From an uncultured Bacteroidota bacterium (GTDB lineage: Bacteria > Bacteroidota > Ignavibacteria > UBA10030 > UBA6906), in the NCBI GenBank assembly GCA_963700635.1, contig CAVOYH010000001.1:448001-512000 (forward strand): 64,000 nucleotides of DNA, read 5' to 3'. The notes under the pieces were generated by a model. It was given only the letters and a program-made list of their open reading frames with translations. It was not told the DNA's origin and ran no database searches. Both the position numbers and the translations under genes were made by a program. Numbering within the stretch: the first letter of the stretch is position 1; each line of letters opens with the position of its first letter. This document shows positions 10,224 through 20,013 of this stretch, piece after piece.

Positions 10224-11284
10224 GCGACGATCATCGGTTCCTGATCTTCCATACTGCATTTGTCGGAGATCTTGTTCTGACGCTGCCGGTGACACAAACG
10301 ATCCGTGCGGTCTGGCCGGAAGCATCTATCACGATTGTCGCCATTCCTGAAGCTGCCCGGGTTTTACGCGGACATCCGTCGATTGACCAGGTTATTGAAT
10401 ACGATAAAAAGGGCAGGGACAGAGGGTTGAAGGGATTCGTGCGACTTGTGCGCACGCTCTCTGCATTACACTTCGGATGTGCCGTGGTTCCACACCGTTC
10501 GATACGCAGCGCCCTTGCCGTCTGGTGCGCGCGCATTCCCCGCCGCATCGGGTTTTCCACAAGTGCAGGAAAGCTGCTGCTCACCGATGTGGTGCTGTAC
10601 GGATCCGGGATTCATGAAACCGAACGGAATCTGGCACTCCTTTCGCCGCTGGGAATCCTCACACGTGAACACGCCCGCCCGCGTCTCTTTCCCGCTGCCG
10701 ACGATGTGCGCAGTGTGGATGACCTGATTGCCGCGCATAGGCTGCGTGCGCCGGCTTTTCCTCAGGAGCTGATGGTGGCCCTGGCACCGGGATCCGTGTG
10801 GTTCACGAAACGGTGGCCGGAGCAACACTATGCGGAAGTTGTGCGTTTGCTTGCCGCCCGGGACGCGGGTGTCGTTCTGGTGGGCGGCGCGGATGACAGA
10901 GATCTCTGTGCCGGAATCGCCGAAAACACCGGCGGGGGGACTGCCGTGCTCAATGCAGCGGGCCGCCTGACTCTGTTGCAGTCCGCTGAACTTATGCGAC
11001 GCTGCCGCGTTGTGGTCACAAATGACAGTGCCCCCCTGCATCTGGCAGGCGCGGTCGGGACACCCGTTATTGCCCTCTTCGGCGCAACAGTTCCGGCTTT
11101 CGGGTTTGGCCCGCTGGGTCACCATGACCGTGTGCTCGAACTCCAGGGCCTGAGCTGCAGGCCATGTGCCATCCACGGCGGTCATCACTGTCCGATCGGG
11201 ACTTTTGTGTGTATGCGTAATCTGACTCCAGCGAGCGTCTTTGCGACCATCCAGGATTTCTTACAAGACCATCGGGAGGGTTAA
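10220..11284 (+). CDS. waaF: LPS heptosyltransferase II (GT9)
   Basis: VGDLVL, APGSVWFTKRWP, VTNDSAPLHLA, LSCRPC. Confidence 0.82.
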   Translation: MSDDHRFLIFHTAFVGDLVLTLPVTQTIRAVWPEASITIVAIPEAARVLRGHPSIDQVIEYDKKGRDRGLKGFVRLVRTLSALHFGCAVVPHRSIRSALAVWCARIPRRIGFSTSAGKLLLTDVVLYGSGIHETERNLALLSPLGILTREHARPRLFPAADDVRSVDDLIAAHRLRAPAFPQELMVALAPGSVWFTKRWPEQHYAEVVRLLAARDAGVVLVGGADDRDLCAGIAENTGGGTAVLNAAGRLTLLQSAELMRRCRVVVTNDSAPLHLAGAVGTPVIALFGATVPAFGFGPLGHHDRVLELQGLSCRPCAIHGGHHCPIGTFVCMRNLTPASVFATIQDFLQDHREG

Positions 11285-11950
11285 GTGGCCCTGACCATGA
11301 AGGTATCCCTCGCACAACCTGAAGACAAGGCACTCTTACTTGCCGCTGAAGTCATTCAGGCAGGTGGGGTGATCGTTTATCCGACGGAGACCGTATACGG
11401 TATTGGGACAAATGCCTGGGACGGGTCTGCGATTGCCAAGGTGCGGGCGCTCAAGCACCGCACGGACCAGAAGCCGATTCTGGTCATTGCCCGTTCGCAG
11501 GACCAGCTGCAGTCGTTAACGGACGAAATATCTCCTCTTGCGCAGCGCTTCATGGACGCATTCTGGCCCGGACCACTGACGCTGGTCTTCAGGGCGTCAA
11601 AGTCTGTTCCCGATCTCCTCTCACGGGGCACCGGAACGATCGGTGTGAGGATTCCCTCGAGTCCGGTCTGCCTCCGTTTGCTGGAACTTGCCGGATGTCC
11701 CCTGACATCCTCGAGTGCGAATATTTCGGGGCAGCCCCCGCTCCACACCGTAGCGGATATTGTACGCGCAATACCCAAGGGAGTGGATCTTATTCTTGAC
11801 GGGGGTCAGCTTCCACCGTCCGAGCCGTCTTCCGTACTCGATGTCACCGGCCCCACGCCGCGGCTTCTGAGAAAAGGAGCAATCGGTGAGGAGCTCTTGC
11901 GCAACGTGGACCCCCGCCTGGTGGTGGTGCAACCTCAGAAGAAGAGCTAG
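11285..11950 (+). CDS. tsaC: L-threonylcarbamoyladenylate synthase (YrdC/Sua5)
   Basis: YPTETVYGIG, FWPGPLT, IGVRIP, SSSANISG. Confidence 0.92.
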   Translation: MALTMKVSLAQPEDKALLLAAEVIQAGGVIVYPTETVYGIGTNAWDGSAIAKVRALKHRTDQKPILVIARSQDQLQSLTDEISPLAQRFMDAFWPGPLTLVFRASKSVPDLLSRGTGTIGVRIPSSPVCLRLLELAGCPLTSSSANISGQPPLHTVADIVRAIPKGVDLILDGGQLPPSEPSSVLDVTGPTPRLLRKGAIGEELLRNVDPRLVVVQPQKKS

Positions 11951-12004
11951 AAGGGGAGTGTAAACCGGGCCTGTCGCAGGATGTAGCGAGGGTTGCCGGT
12001 GGTC

Positions 12005-12033
12005 TTGCTTCCCGAGCGGATGTTTTGTATCTT
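12005..12033 (+). promoter_or_regulatory. Putative sigma70 promoter of tRNA-Arg
   Basis: TTGCTT-N17-TATCTT. Confidence 0.5.
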
Positions 12034-12089
12034 TTTTGGCAGTCTCGTGGGGGGGCCATCCACGCAGCATCCGGATGGGGGGCTGAGAC

Positions 12090-12166
12090 GCGCCTGTAGC
12101 TCAATTGGATAGAGTGTTGGCCTCCGGAGCCAAAGGTTTCGGGTTCGACTCCCGACAGGCGCACCA
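12090..12166 (+). tRNA. tRNA-Arg(CCG)
   Basis: Acceptor stem GCGCCTG/CAGGCGC, anticodon arm TTGGC-CT-CCG-GA-GCCAA, TTCGA T-loop, encoded CCA. Confidence 0.97.
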
Positions 12167-12204
12167 AGTACACTCTTCAGGCAGCACATACTCTACGGAT
12201 CCCT

Positions 12205-12894
12205 ATGCTCACACCCAAGAAAAAAATAGCCAAGCGCGAACACAGGCAGGACAAGCTGTATGCCTCGTACATGAAGGCCACGTCGTTTTACGAGGAAAAC
12301 AAGAAACTGATCAGCATCGGCATCACCGTGGTCGCCGCGGTCATTATTGCGCTGGTCATCTACTTCAAGAACCAGGGGGAAAACAACGAGCGTGCGACGA
12401 CACAGCTGGCGGCGATCCATCCGTTTTATGACAACGCGCAGTACCAGCAGGCAGTTGACGGTGTGCCGGAACGGAATATCGTCGGGCTGAAAGCTATTGT
12501 GGACAATTATGGTGGCACCCGGACTGGGGACATGGCTCGTTTTTACCTGGCGGATGCATACTTTCAGCTGGGCAAGTACACCGACGCATTAAATGAGTTT
12601 GACGACTGCGATCCATCGGCTGCATTGTTACAGGCCTCGCGTCTCGCCGGAATTGCCGCAAGTCACGAAGCGCTGGGTAATCACAAAGATGCAGGCGTCT
12701 ATTTTGAGAGGGCTGCGGGAAAAGAGCCCACTCCAGGGACGATTGCAGAATACCTCAACAATGCTGCGCGCAATTTTGCTCAGGCCGGAGAGAAGGAGCG
12801 TGCGCTCGAGATCTTACGACGTCTTCAGAAGAATCATCCCACGACGACCTACGGGCGGGAAGCGGAGCGCTTCATCTCCCAGCTCTCGGTATAG
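12205..12894 (+). CDS. Membrane-anchored TPR protein (YfgM-like)
   Basis: Single N-terminal TM followed by TPR-like helices (ARFYLADAYFQLGKY). Confidence 0.75.
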   Translation: MLTPKKKIAKREHRQDKLYASYMKATSFYEENKKLISIGITVVAAVIIALVIYFKNQGENNERATTQLAAIHPFYDNAQYQQAVDGVPERNIVGLKAIVDNYGGTRTGDMARFYLADAYFQLGKYTDALNEFDDCDPSAALLQASRLAGIAASHEALGNHKDAGVYFERAAGKEPTPGTIAEYLNNAARNFAQAGEKERALEILRRLQKNHPTTTYGREAERFISQLSV

Positions 12895-12936
12895 CCCCGG
12901 TTAACGGGCATTAAGCGGGGATCATGGCAGGAGTGC

Positions 12937-14286
12937 ATGAAACTTCTACCTGAAAAAGCGCTTACCCGCTCCGTTCTGAAAATCTCCACTCCGGCAGTTG
13001 CGGGGCTCTCGTTACAGATGGTTGTGACGGTGGCAGAAACTGCCATGGTCGGGCGTCTGGAGAACACAAAGGTCGCCCTTGCCGCAATGGCCCTGGCTTC
13101 ACTTGCCGGATGGGCGATCACCAGTGCGTTCTCAAGCCTCGCAACGGGAACCCATGTTCTTGTTGCCCGCCGCTACGGGGAGCGTGACCGCCCCGGCGCA
13201 GGTAATGTGCTGAACAACTCCCTCCTCCTCTCATTCGCTGTCGGACTCCTGACCGCGCTACCTGGTTATCTCTTCTCCTATGATGTTATCAATTTTTTTG
13301 CGGCCAACCCTGAAGTTGCGATTGCCGGGACGGGCTATATGCAATGGCGGTTTATCGGGATAGGCGTCTTCCTTTTTGTCGTGTCGTATCGTGGTTTTTT
13401 TAACGGCATCGGTCACACAAAAGTGTTCATGTATTCCGCGATCATCATCAGCCTCTCGAACATTATTTTCAACTATGTGTTCATATTCGGGGCGTTCGGG
13501 ATCCCCTCGATGGGACTCACCGGTGCGGGTCTGGCCGTGGCTCTTTCCAATGTCCTGGGATGTGCGTTCTTTCTTACTGCAACTTTTCAGCCGGGATATC
13601 GAAAAACCTACAAGTACTACTCGAGGCTGCAGATCCGCATGGAAGTCCTTCGCCAGATTGTACGGATCTCGCTCCCGGTGTCATTCCAGAATATTCTGAT
13701 ACTGCTTGGATTTCTGGTTTTTGCAGCCATTGCGGGGTATGTCGGCACGACCGAACAGGCGGCGACGCAGGTGGTCATCACTGCCCTGTTTATGTCATTT
13801 CTCCCCTGTTTCGGTTTCGGCATCGGCGCTCAGACACTGGTCGGGCAGAGTATGGGGAAATCCCAGTTTAAGCTTGCCCATCAATACGGAATGGAAGCAT
13901 CGCGGATCGCAACATATTTTACATTTGTGCTTGGCTGTGTGTTTATTCTGCTGCCGGACGCGGTTATCAGTGTTATTACCAATGACCCTGAAGTTGCCGC
14001 CATTGCCCGGCCGCTCCTGCAGATTGCCGGTGCAGCGCAGATGTTCTACGCGCCCGGTATCGTGCTGGCGCATGCCCTCCAGGCCGCCGGGGCGACGGTC
14101 TACGTCATGTGGGTGGAAGTGCTGACCCATTGGGTCATCTTTCTTCCCGTCTGTTATCTGCTTGGAGTCACGTATGGCGGAGGCATCCAGGGAGTATGGA
14201 TGGCTCTCCCCGTCTACATTATTGCCTACAGTGCCCTCATATACATGAAGTACCGGAAGGGTACCTGGCTCCACATTAGGGTTTGA
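12937..14286 (+). CDS. MATE family transporter
   Basis: ETAMVGRL, GTHVLVARRYG, MGLTGAGLA; two-fold multi-TM architecture. Confidence 0.88.
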   Translation: MKLLPEKALTRSVLKISTPAVAGLSLQMVVTVAETAMVGRLENTKVALAAMALASLAGWAITSAFSSLATGTHVLVARRYGERDRPGAGNVLNNSLLLSFAVGLLTALPGYLFSYDVINFFAANPEVAIAGTGYMQWRFIGIGVFLFVVSYRGFFNGIGHTKVFMYSAIIISLSNIIFNYVFIFGAFGIPSMGLTGAGLAVALSNVLGCAFFLTATFQPGYRKTYKYYSRLQIRMEVLRQIVRISLPVSFQNILILLGFLVFAAIAGYVGTTEQAATQVVITALFMSFLPCFGFGIGAQTLVGQSMGKSQFKLAHQYGMEASRIATYFTFVLGCVFILLPDAVISVITNDPEVAAIARPLLQIAGAAQMFYAPGIVLAHALQAAGATVYVMWVEVLTHWVIFLPVCYLLGVTYGGGIQGVWMALPVYIIAYSALIYMKYRKGTWLHIRV

Positions 14287-16406
14287 GGATGATGAAGTTC
14301 CGGCGGTTCATTTTTCTGGGCGGGGCATTCCTGCTGCTCCTCGTAAAGTTTGCGGTTGATGTTATCCGCAAAAACGTGGAGCTGGAGGTGGGCGGCCTCA
14401 TGGTCCTCCGTGAACTGAGCGCAGCCGGGGCATTCCTTCTGATCTTTCTCGCCATTCAGGCGTCTTTCTCGGACCGGAGTATCAACCCCGTACGGCGCCT
14501 GGGAATTCTTCTGGTTCTTGTCGCCGCCTTCCTGATTTCTGCGGTGCTCCTGAATTACTTCCCGGCCAACGGTTTTGACGCAAAGGACTTTGGCCTGTTC
14601 GCGCTGGACTATGCAACGCTGTTCATGGCGTCCCTCTTTGGCCTTGTCGGAGGCACATTTGCTCTGCTGAATCTGCATTTCCTCCGGGATCTGGTCCTTG
14701 TGTCGCGAAAAAAAGGGACCCTGCGGAATTTTAGAATCTTCGTTGTCCTGTTGCTCGCCACCGCGGTCTCGTCGCTGTTTGTCCGCCCCCTGCAGTCAAG
14801 CTCTATCACCTCGGTGCTCTACGCCCTTACGATCACGATGGCAATCGTGAATGCCTTCCGGCTTCCGTGGATCGTGTATCTGACGAAGCGGGAGAAAATC
14901 CTGACGCTGATCTTTTCCTTCTTCCTTTTTGTGTTCCTCACCACGGCCAATATTCTGTTGAGTCAGAATGATCTGCTCTCACGAGCCCTGGTGTACTACT
15001 CCCGTCCGGTTCAGGAGTTGATCTCGCTTTCGTTGTGGTTCGGGAACATCTTCAGCGGGATGGCATTTGTGAGCACGCTGTTTTACCTGCCGACCGCCGA
15101 GGCATTTGACAGGAAACGGTCAGAAGTAGCGTCGATCCATACGCTCAGCAAACTTCTGACGCAGGTTCTTGATTTTGATGAGCTTACAGAGACCGTGACA
15201 ACGATGACCCTGCAGGTTGTGGAGGCACAGAGTTGCTGGCTGGAACTCCTGCCGTCACAGGAGGAGCTTCGGGAGAGCACCGACCCGGATCGTGCTCTTA
15301 CCGGGCAAACACAGATTGTTGGAGTAAAGAACATTACAAGAGCCGAGATCGAGGATCTCCTCGGATCGGGGCTGCAGTACCTGCGTACGACAGTGTACCG
15401 CGAAGGGAAACCGGTTGTCATTGACTCGGTGGGGAAGGACCCGCGGTTCACGGAAGGCCCCGAAGGCACACCCCGGCCCGGGTCGCTCGTGATCGTGCCT
15501 CTTGCCTCACATGCCGGGCCCTTTGGATTTCTTTACGCGACAAAGGCGGCGGAGTACGGTTTTGTGAAGGATGATGTGGAACTTATCTCCACGTTCGCCG
15601 ACCAGGCGACCATCGCCATCGATAACTCCCGCCTGATCAAAAAATCAATCGAACGGGAGAGACTCGTTCGCGAGATGACACTCGCGCAGGAAATGCAACG
15701 CAAACTCCTCCCGCAGCATGTGCCGGTTGTCCGGGGAGTGGATATTGATGCAATCTCAACACCGGCATTTGAAGTGGGAGGGGACTATTACGACTTCGTG
15801 CAGCTCTCCGATGACGTGATAGGAATTATCGTCGGGGATGTCTCGGGCAAGGGAGTTCCGGCCGCCTTCTATATGTCGGAAGTCAAAGGAATTTTCCAGT
15901 CCCTGAGCCCGCTCTATCCCTCTCCCCGGGATTTTATGGTGCGCGCAAACTCCGTCCTCACCGAATCTATTGACAAACACTCCTTTGTTAGCTTACTTTA
16001 TGGGATTATGGACATACGCACAGGACGATTTACGATCGCACGGGCGGGGCATTGCCCGTTGCTGCACGTCGGTGGATCGACCAGTACGTACCTCCGGCCC
16101 GATGGGATGGGGCTCGGTCTCGCCAACCAGAAGCTCTTCGCAGAATCGATCGAAGAATTTACGCTGGAACTCAGTCCGGGCGACGTCTGTGTACTGTACA
16201 CCGACGGGGTCACCGAGGCGCACCGGAACGGTGAAGAGTTCGGATACGAGCGCCTGCGTGCGGCATCAGGCGTTGCGGACGGTAAATCGGCCGGACGTGT
16301 GAAGGAAGAGATTCTTCATGCTGTCGACGCCTTCATTGAACACGATGTGCCCCACGACGATATGACACTCGTGGTCGTCAGGTGGCTCGGTTCGCCGGCA
16401 CAGTAA
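14283..16406 (+). CDS. Membrane PP2C/SpoIIE (RsbU-like) phosphatase with GAF domain
   Basis: Multi-TM N-terminus, GAF-like segment, VGGDYYD, GDVSGKG, LYTDG, DDMT. Confidence 0.9.
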   Translation: MRMMKFRRFIFLGGAFLLLLVKFAVDVIRKNVELEVGGLMVLRELSAAGAFLLIFLAIQASFSDRSINPVRRLGILLVLVAAFLISAVLLNYFPANGFDAKDFGLFALDYATLFMASLFGLVGGTFALLNLHFLRDLVLVSRKKGTLRNFRIFVVLLLATAVSSLFVRPLQSSSITSVLYALTITMAIVNAFRLPWIVYLTKREKILTLIFSFFLFVFLTTANILLSQNDLLSRALVYYSRPVQELISLSLWFGNIFSGMAFVSTLFYLPTAEAFDRKRSEVASIHTLSKLLTQVLDFDELTETVTTMTLQVVEAQSCWLELLPSQEELRESTDPDRALTGQTQIVGVKNITRAEIEDLLGSGLQYLRTTVYREGKPVVIDSVGKDPRFTEGPEGTPRPGSLVIVPLASHAGPFGFLYATKAAEYGFVKDDVELISTFADQATIAIDNSRLIKKSIERERLVREMTLAQEMQRKLLPQHVPVVRGVDIDAISTPAFEVGGDYYDFVQLSDDVIGIIVGDVSGKGVPAAFYMSEVKGIFQSLSPLYPSPRDFMVRANSVLTESIDKHSFVSLLYGIMDIRTGRFTIARAGHCPLLHVGGSTSTYLRPDGMGLGLANQKLFAESIEEFTLELSPGDVCVLYTDGVTEAHRNGEEFGYERLRAASGVADGKSAGRVKEEILHAVDAFIEHDVPHDDMTLVVVRWLGSPAQ

Positions 16407-16439
16407 TGAATTGTGGCCTGTTAATGGAAGGAAGAAGGT

Positions 16440-16802
16440 ATGAGTGAGTTCACGATAGCGCAGAGAGAGCGCGAGAGCATCCAGGTCCTTGAGCTCAAAG
16501 GATATCTGGATGCACACACCGCGCCAAAACTCGAAGAGGTGTTTCAGTCTCTTCTAAAATCTGAACGCTATAATATCATCATCAACTGCAAAGATCTCTC
16601 GTATATCAGCAGTGCAGGCCTGGGCGTGTTCATGGCGTACATCGAGGATGTACGGAAGAACAAGGGCGACATCAAACTTTCCAATATGTCGGCCAAGGTC
16701 TACAATGTGTTCGATCTCCTTGGATTCCCCCTGCTGTACGAGATCACAAAGGATGAACAGGAAGCCTTCAGTAAGTTTGCCGGACCACGACTCGAGCCGT
16801 GA
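16440..16802 (+). CDS. STAS anti-sigma factor antagonist (RsbV-like)
   Basis: LKGYLDAHTAP, YISSAGLGV phospho-Ser motif. Confidence 0.92.
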   Translation: MSEFTIAQRERESIQVLELKGYLDAHTAPKLEEVFQSLLKSERYNIIINCKDLSYISSAGLGVFMAYIEDVRKNKGDIKLSNMSAKVYNVFDLLGFPLLYEITKDEQEAFSKFAGPRLEP

Positions 16803-17218
16803 ACCCCCGTACTCTTCATATTGAAAGTCGGACGGAACGACTGATCGCCGTACGGGAATTTGTCTCGGACGAGGCGCGCGAATTCGGATTCACGGATGAG
16901 GACGTGAGCAAAATCGCGCTGGCGGTGGACGAGGCATGCACGAATATCATCAAACACGCCTACCGCTTTGATCCCAATCGGGATATTACGGTTACGGTCA
17001 AAAGTAAGAACGGGGCATTTGAGATCACCATACACGATTCCGGCGCGGGCTTCGACCCGTCGCGGCTTCAAGCGCCGGATATGAAGGACTATTTCTCGAA
17101 CTATCGAAAAGGCGGACTGGGCGTCTATCTCATGAAACGGCTCATGGACAAAGTGGAATATGAGATTAAGCCGGGCAAACGGAACGAAGTACGCCTGACC
17201 AAATACCTCTCCCGCTGA
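16799..17218 (+). CDS. Anti-sigma factor Ser/Thr kinase (RsbW-like)
   Basis: AVDEACTNIIKHAY, DSGAGFDP, GGLGVYLMKRLMD. Confidence 0.92.
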   Translation: MNPRTLHIESRTERLIAVREFVSDEAREFGFTDEDVSKIALAVDEACTNIIKHAYRFDPNRDITVTVKSKNGAFEITIHDSGAGFDPSRLQAPDMKDYFSNYRKGGLGVYLMKRLMDKVEYEIKPGKRNEVRLTKYLSR

Positions 17219-17219
17219 G

Positions 17220-18944
17220 ATGAGACGACCCCCGCCATCCTACGAAAGCCACTTCGAACACGCCGCCCTGTTTGAATTCAGCACACTGATTAACGGTTCA
17301 CTGGACCTCCGCTTTATCCTCGGCCATATCCTCCTTACACTCATGGGCAAACTGCTCTCCTCAAGGGGAATGGTTCTGCTCGCAGATGCTGAAGGAAAGT
17401 ACCACGTCGAGATGACCAAGGGCATGTCTCCCGATCTGAAAGGACATACCCTGAAAATCTCTTCCCTGCCGGCCACGATCCAATACGCCGATCGTGTGCA
17501 CGCCGGACGGGCACCCTGGGTGAAGTTTCTCCGGGAACAGGACCTGCATGTCCTGATCCCGCTTACGAGCTCAAAGAGGGCGATCGGTATGCTCGTCTTC
17601 GGCAAACGGCTTAACCGGAAGCCGCTGAAGAAACGGGAAGAGACGTACCTGCTCTCTCTGGCAAGTATCGCTTCCACCGCGATCGAAAAATGCCACAAGA
17701 TCGAAGAACTCGGGTTGGTCAACCGGAAACTCGACCGGAAGATACAGGAATTGAATACACTGTTCGAGCTGGGCAAGGAATTTGGACTGGTCCTCGATCC
17801 CGATAAACTTGTGCGCCTGCTGGCGCTTTCCCTCATGGGACAGGTGGGGGTAAACCGGTATTTGATTTGCGTGAAGGAGGGAGGTTCCATGCGGATAGCT
17901 GCTTCGCGACTGGATGGGCCGCTGCCACAACCGGAACTTCTGACGGGTCTTGCGCGAATCAAGGCGGGGATACGGATCGAGGATATCGTGGTCACAGGCG
18001 CCTCTGATCCGCGGCCCGTCCTCGGCGCACTCGATCTCAAGGTTATCGTCCCCATGGAACTGCAGGGGCAAACCAAGGGGATCCTTCTGCTCGGCGACAA
18101 ACTGAATCGTGATCCATTTGCAAAAGAGGATTTTGAATTCCTCTCTGCATTGTCAAGTCTGGCCATGATCGCCCTGGAAAACGGAAGGTTGTTTCAGGAG
18201 GCGATCGAAAAGCAACGAATGGAAGATGAGCTGGTTATTGCCCGGGAAATCCAGAAAGGTCTGCTGCCGAGTGTGCTTCCTGCTGTCCCCGGAGTGGAGA
18301 TCGGAGCCGCGAATTTTTCCTCGAAGCAGGTGGGTGGGGATTATTACGATGCCATACAGCTGGACGACCACCGGCTCATCCTGGCGATCGGTGACGTTTC
18401 CGGAAAGGGCACGCCGGCTTCACTGTTGATGGCCAATATTCAGGCAACCATACGGGCTCTTGTCCCGTTAAACCTGCCTCTGGGTGAATTAACTGCCCGT
18501 GTGAACGATCTGATGTGCATGAATACCGGCGACAGCCGTTTTGTGACGTTTTTCTGGGGATGCCTGGATTTTCACACGCGCCGCTTCACGTACGTCAATG
18601 CCGGGCATAATCATCCTTTCGTCATGCGGGCAGACGGGACGGTGGAGCGCCTGGACAAGGGGGGGATGATCCTGGGTGTTATGGAGACCATCATTCCCTA
18701 TGAAGAGGGATCGGTGGACTTGTGCACGGGGGATCTGCTCGTGCTCTTTACAGATGGTGTGAGCGAGGCAATGAATATCCGGAGCGAAGAGTATGGCGAA
18801 GATCGGCTGGAGACGGTGATCCGGAAGGCGGGGGGGTGGGGTGCTCAAGGCCTTATCGATATCATTCATCAGGATATCACCGCCCATGCAGAAGGTGCTC
18901 CGCAGTCCGATGATATCACGATGATGGTGATCCGAATGGTGTAA
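17220..18944 (+). CDS. Soluble GAF-GAF-PP2C/SpoIIE phosphatase
   Basis: Two GAF-like segments; VGGDYYD, GDVSGKG, FTDG, SDDIT. Confidence 0.9.
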   Translation: MRRPPPSYESHFEHAALFEFSTLINGSLDLRFILGHILLTLMGKLLSSRGMVLLADAEGKYHVEMTKGMSPDLKGHTLKISSLPATIQYADRVHAGRAPWVKFLREQDLHVLIPLTSSKRAIGMLVFGKRLNRKPLKKREETYLLSLASIASTAIEKCHKIEELGLVNRKLDRKIQELNTLFELGKEFGLVLDPDKLVRLLALSLMGQVGVNRYLICVKEGGSMRIAASRLDGPLPQPELLTGLARIKAGIRIEDIVVTGASDPRPVLGALDLKVIVPMELQGQTKGILLLGDKLNRDPFAKEDFEFLSALSSLAMIALENGRLFQEAIEKQRMEDELVIAREIQKGLLPSVLPAVPGVEIGAANFSSKQVGGDYYDAIQLDDHRLILAIGDVSGKGTPASLLMANIQATIRALVPLNLPLGELTARVNDLMCMNTGDSRFVTFFWGCLDFHTRRFTYVNAGHNHPFVMRADGTVERLDKGGMILGVMETIIPYEEGSVDLCTGDLLVLFTDGVSEAMNIRSEEYGEDRLETVIRKAGGWGAQGLIDIIHQDITAHAEGAPQSDDITMMVIRMV

Positions 18945-18959
18945 CCCCGTTCTGCGGCG

Positions 18960-18978
18960 CCGGAGTGCAGCACTCCGG
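18960..18978. other. Perfect 9-1-9 inverted repeat (terminator-like hairpin or operator)
   Basis: CCGGAGTGC-A-GCACTCCGG between phosphatase and recombinase-like genes. Confidence 0.5.
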
Positions 18979-19044
18979 TTGCCTTGATTGTTGCCCCGAC
19001 TTTCCTTAGCTTCTGTTATTGCAAACCCCCGGTTGATCACTCAC

Positions 19045-20013
19045 ATGCCCGACCCCATACTCCGACAGGTCCGTCTCTCTTCCAGGGCGCTATCCCGGCA
19101 TTTTCAGGGCTTTGTGAGGAGTTTGCGTGGTTCGTCCCCCGAAACAAAAGGGACGTATGTGCGTGCCCTGCGGGAGTTTGTCCGATGGTACCCGCGCGAC
19201 GGGACGTTCCGGTTCCGGGTAACGGACGTCCGGCGATACAAACGGCATCTCGAAACCCGCAAACGCCTCGCTGCCGTGAGCGTTTCCACCTATCTGACGG
19301 CATTCCGGCGCTTCTGTGACTATCTGGTACGCTCCGGCGTCCTGAAAGAAAACCCCGGCCAGTACGTCAGCGGAAACAGCCGGCCTGTTGTCCATTCGCG
19401 GGAGTATCTTTCGCCCGGGGATGTTGCTGCACTCCTTGCCGCCGTTCCGGCGGAGGATCTGAGGGGAACGCGGGACCATGCCATGATCCTCCTGATGCTC
19501 CGCTCTGCTTTGTCCGAGATAGAATTGATCCGGGCAGACGTTGGCGATCTTGAAGTGGATGGAAACAGATGCTGGATGATGGTTCAGGGGAAGGGCCGTA
19601 CGGCAAAAGACGAACGTGTGTTGATATCCCCCGAGGTCATGACGGCCATCAAACGGTATCTTTCCCTCCGGGGATCCGTGAGCCCGGCAGAACCCCTTTT
19701 CGCCAGTGCCGGGAACCGCACCCGGGGAAAACGGATGACGACGCGCGGCATACGCGATCGGATCAACGCGAACCTTTCGGCAGCGGGCGTCAAAAAAGGG
19801 AAGACCCGCCGGATAACCCCGTACTCCCTGCGCCACACCGCTGCGCTTATGATGGCTCGCAGCGGCGCCACGGCGGATGAAATCCGCCGGCGGATGAGGC
19901 TCGGAAGTAATAGAACAGCCGAATTGTACCTGCAGTATGAAGACTCGCAGGGTACACAACACCCCACCACGACAAAGGAACAGCACGGTGCCCTACCCGT
20001 TCACTACGATTGA
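19045..20013 (+). CDS. Tyrosine recombinase (XerC/D-like) homologue with degenerate catalytic residues
   Basis: N-terminal SAM-like domain, [21 protein letters not shown]; ATG 19045 chosen. Confidence 0.85.
   Translation: MPDPILRQVRLSSRALSRHFQGFVRSLRGSSPETKGTYVRALREFVRWYPRDGTFRFRVTDVRRYKRHLETRKRLAAVSVSTYLTAFRRFCDYLVRSGVLKENPGQYVSGNSRPVVHSREYLSPGDVAALLAAVPAEDLRGTRDHAMILLMLRSALSEIELIRADVGDLEVDGNRCWMMVQGKGRTAKDERVLISPEVMTAIKRYLSLRGSVSPAEPLFASAGNRTRGKRMTTRGIRDRINANLSAAGVKKGKTRRITPYSLRHTAALMMARSGATADEIRRRMRLGSNRTAELYLQYEDSQGTQHPTTTKEQHGALPVHYD

Noticed and set aside
12090-20013. Genomic island defined by tRNA-Arg and the recombinase
   Set aside because: No duplicated tRNA 3' end seen, intervening genes look like core genes, and the recombinase active site is degenerate
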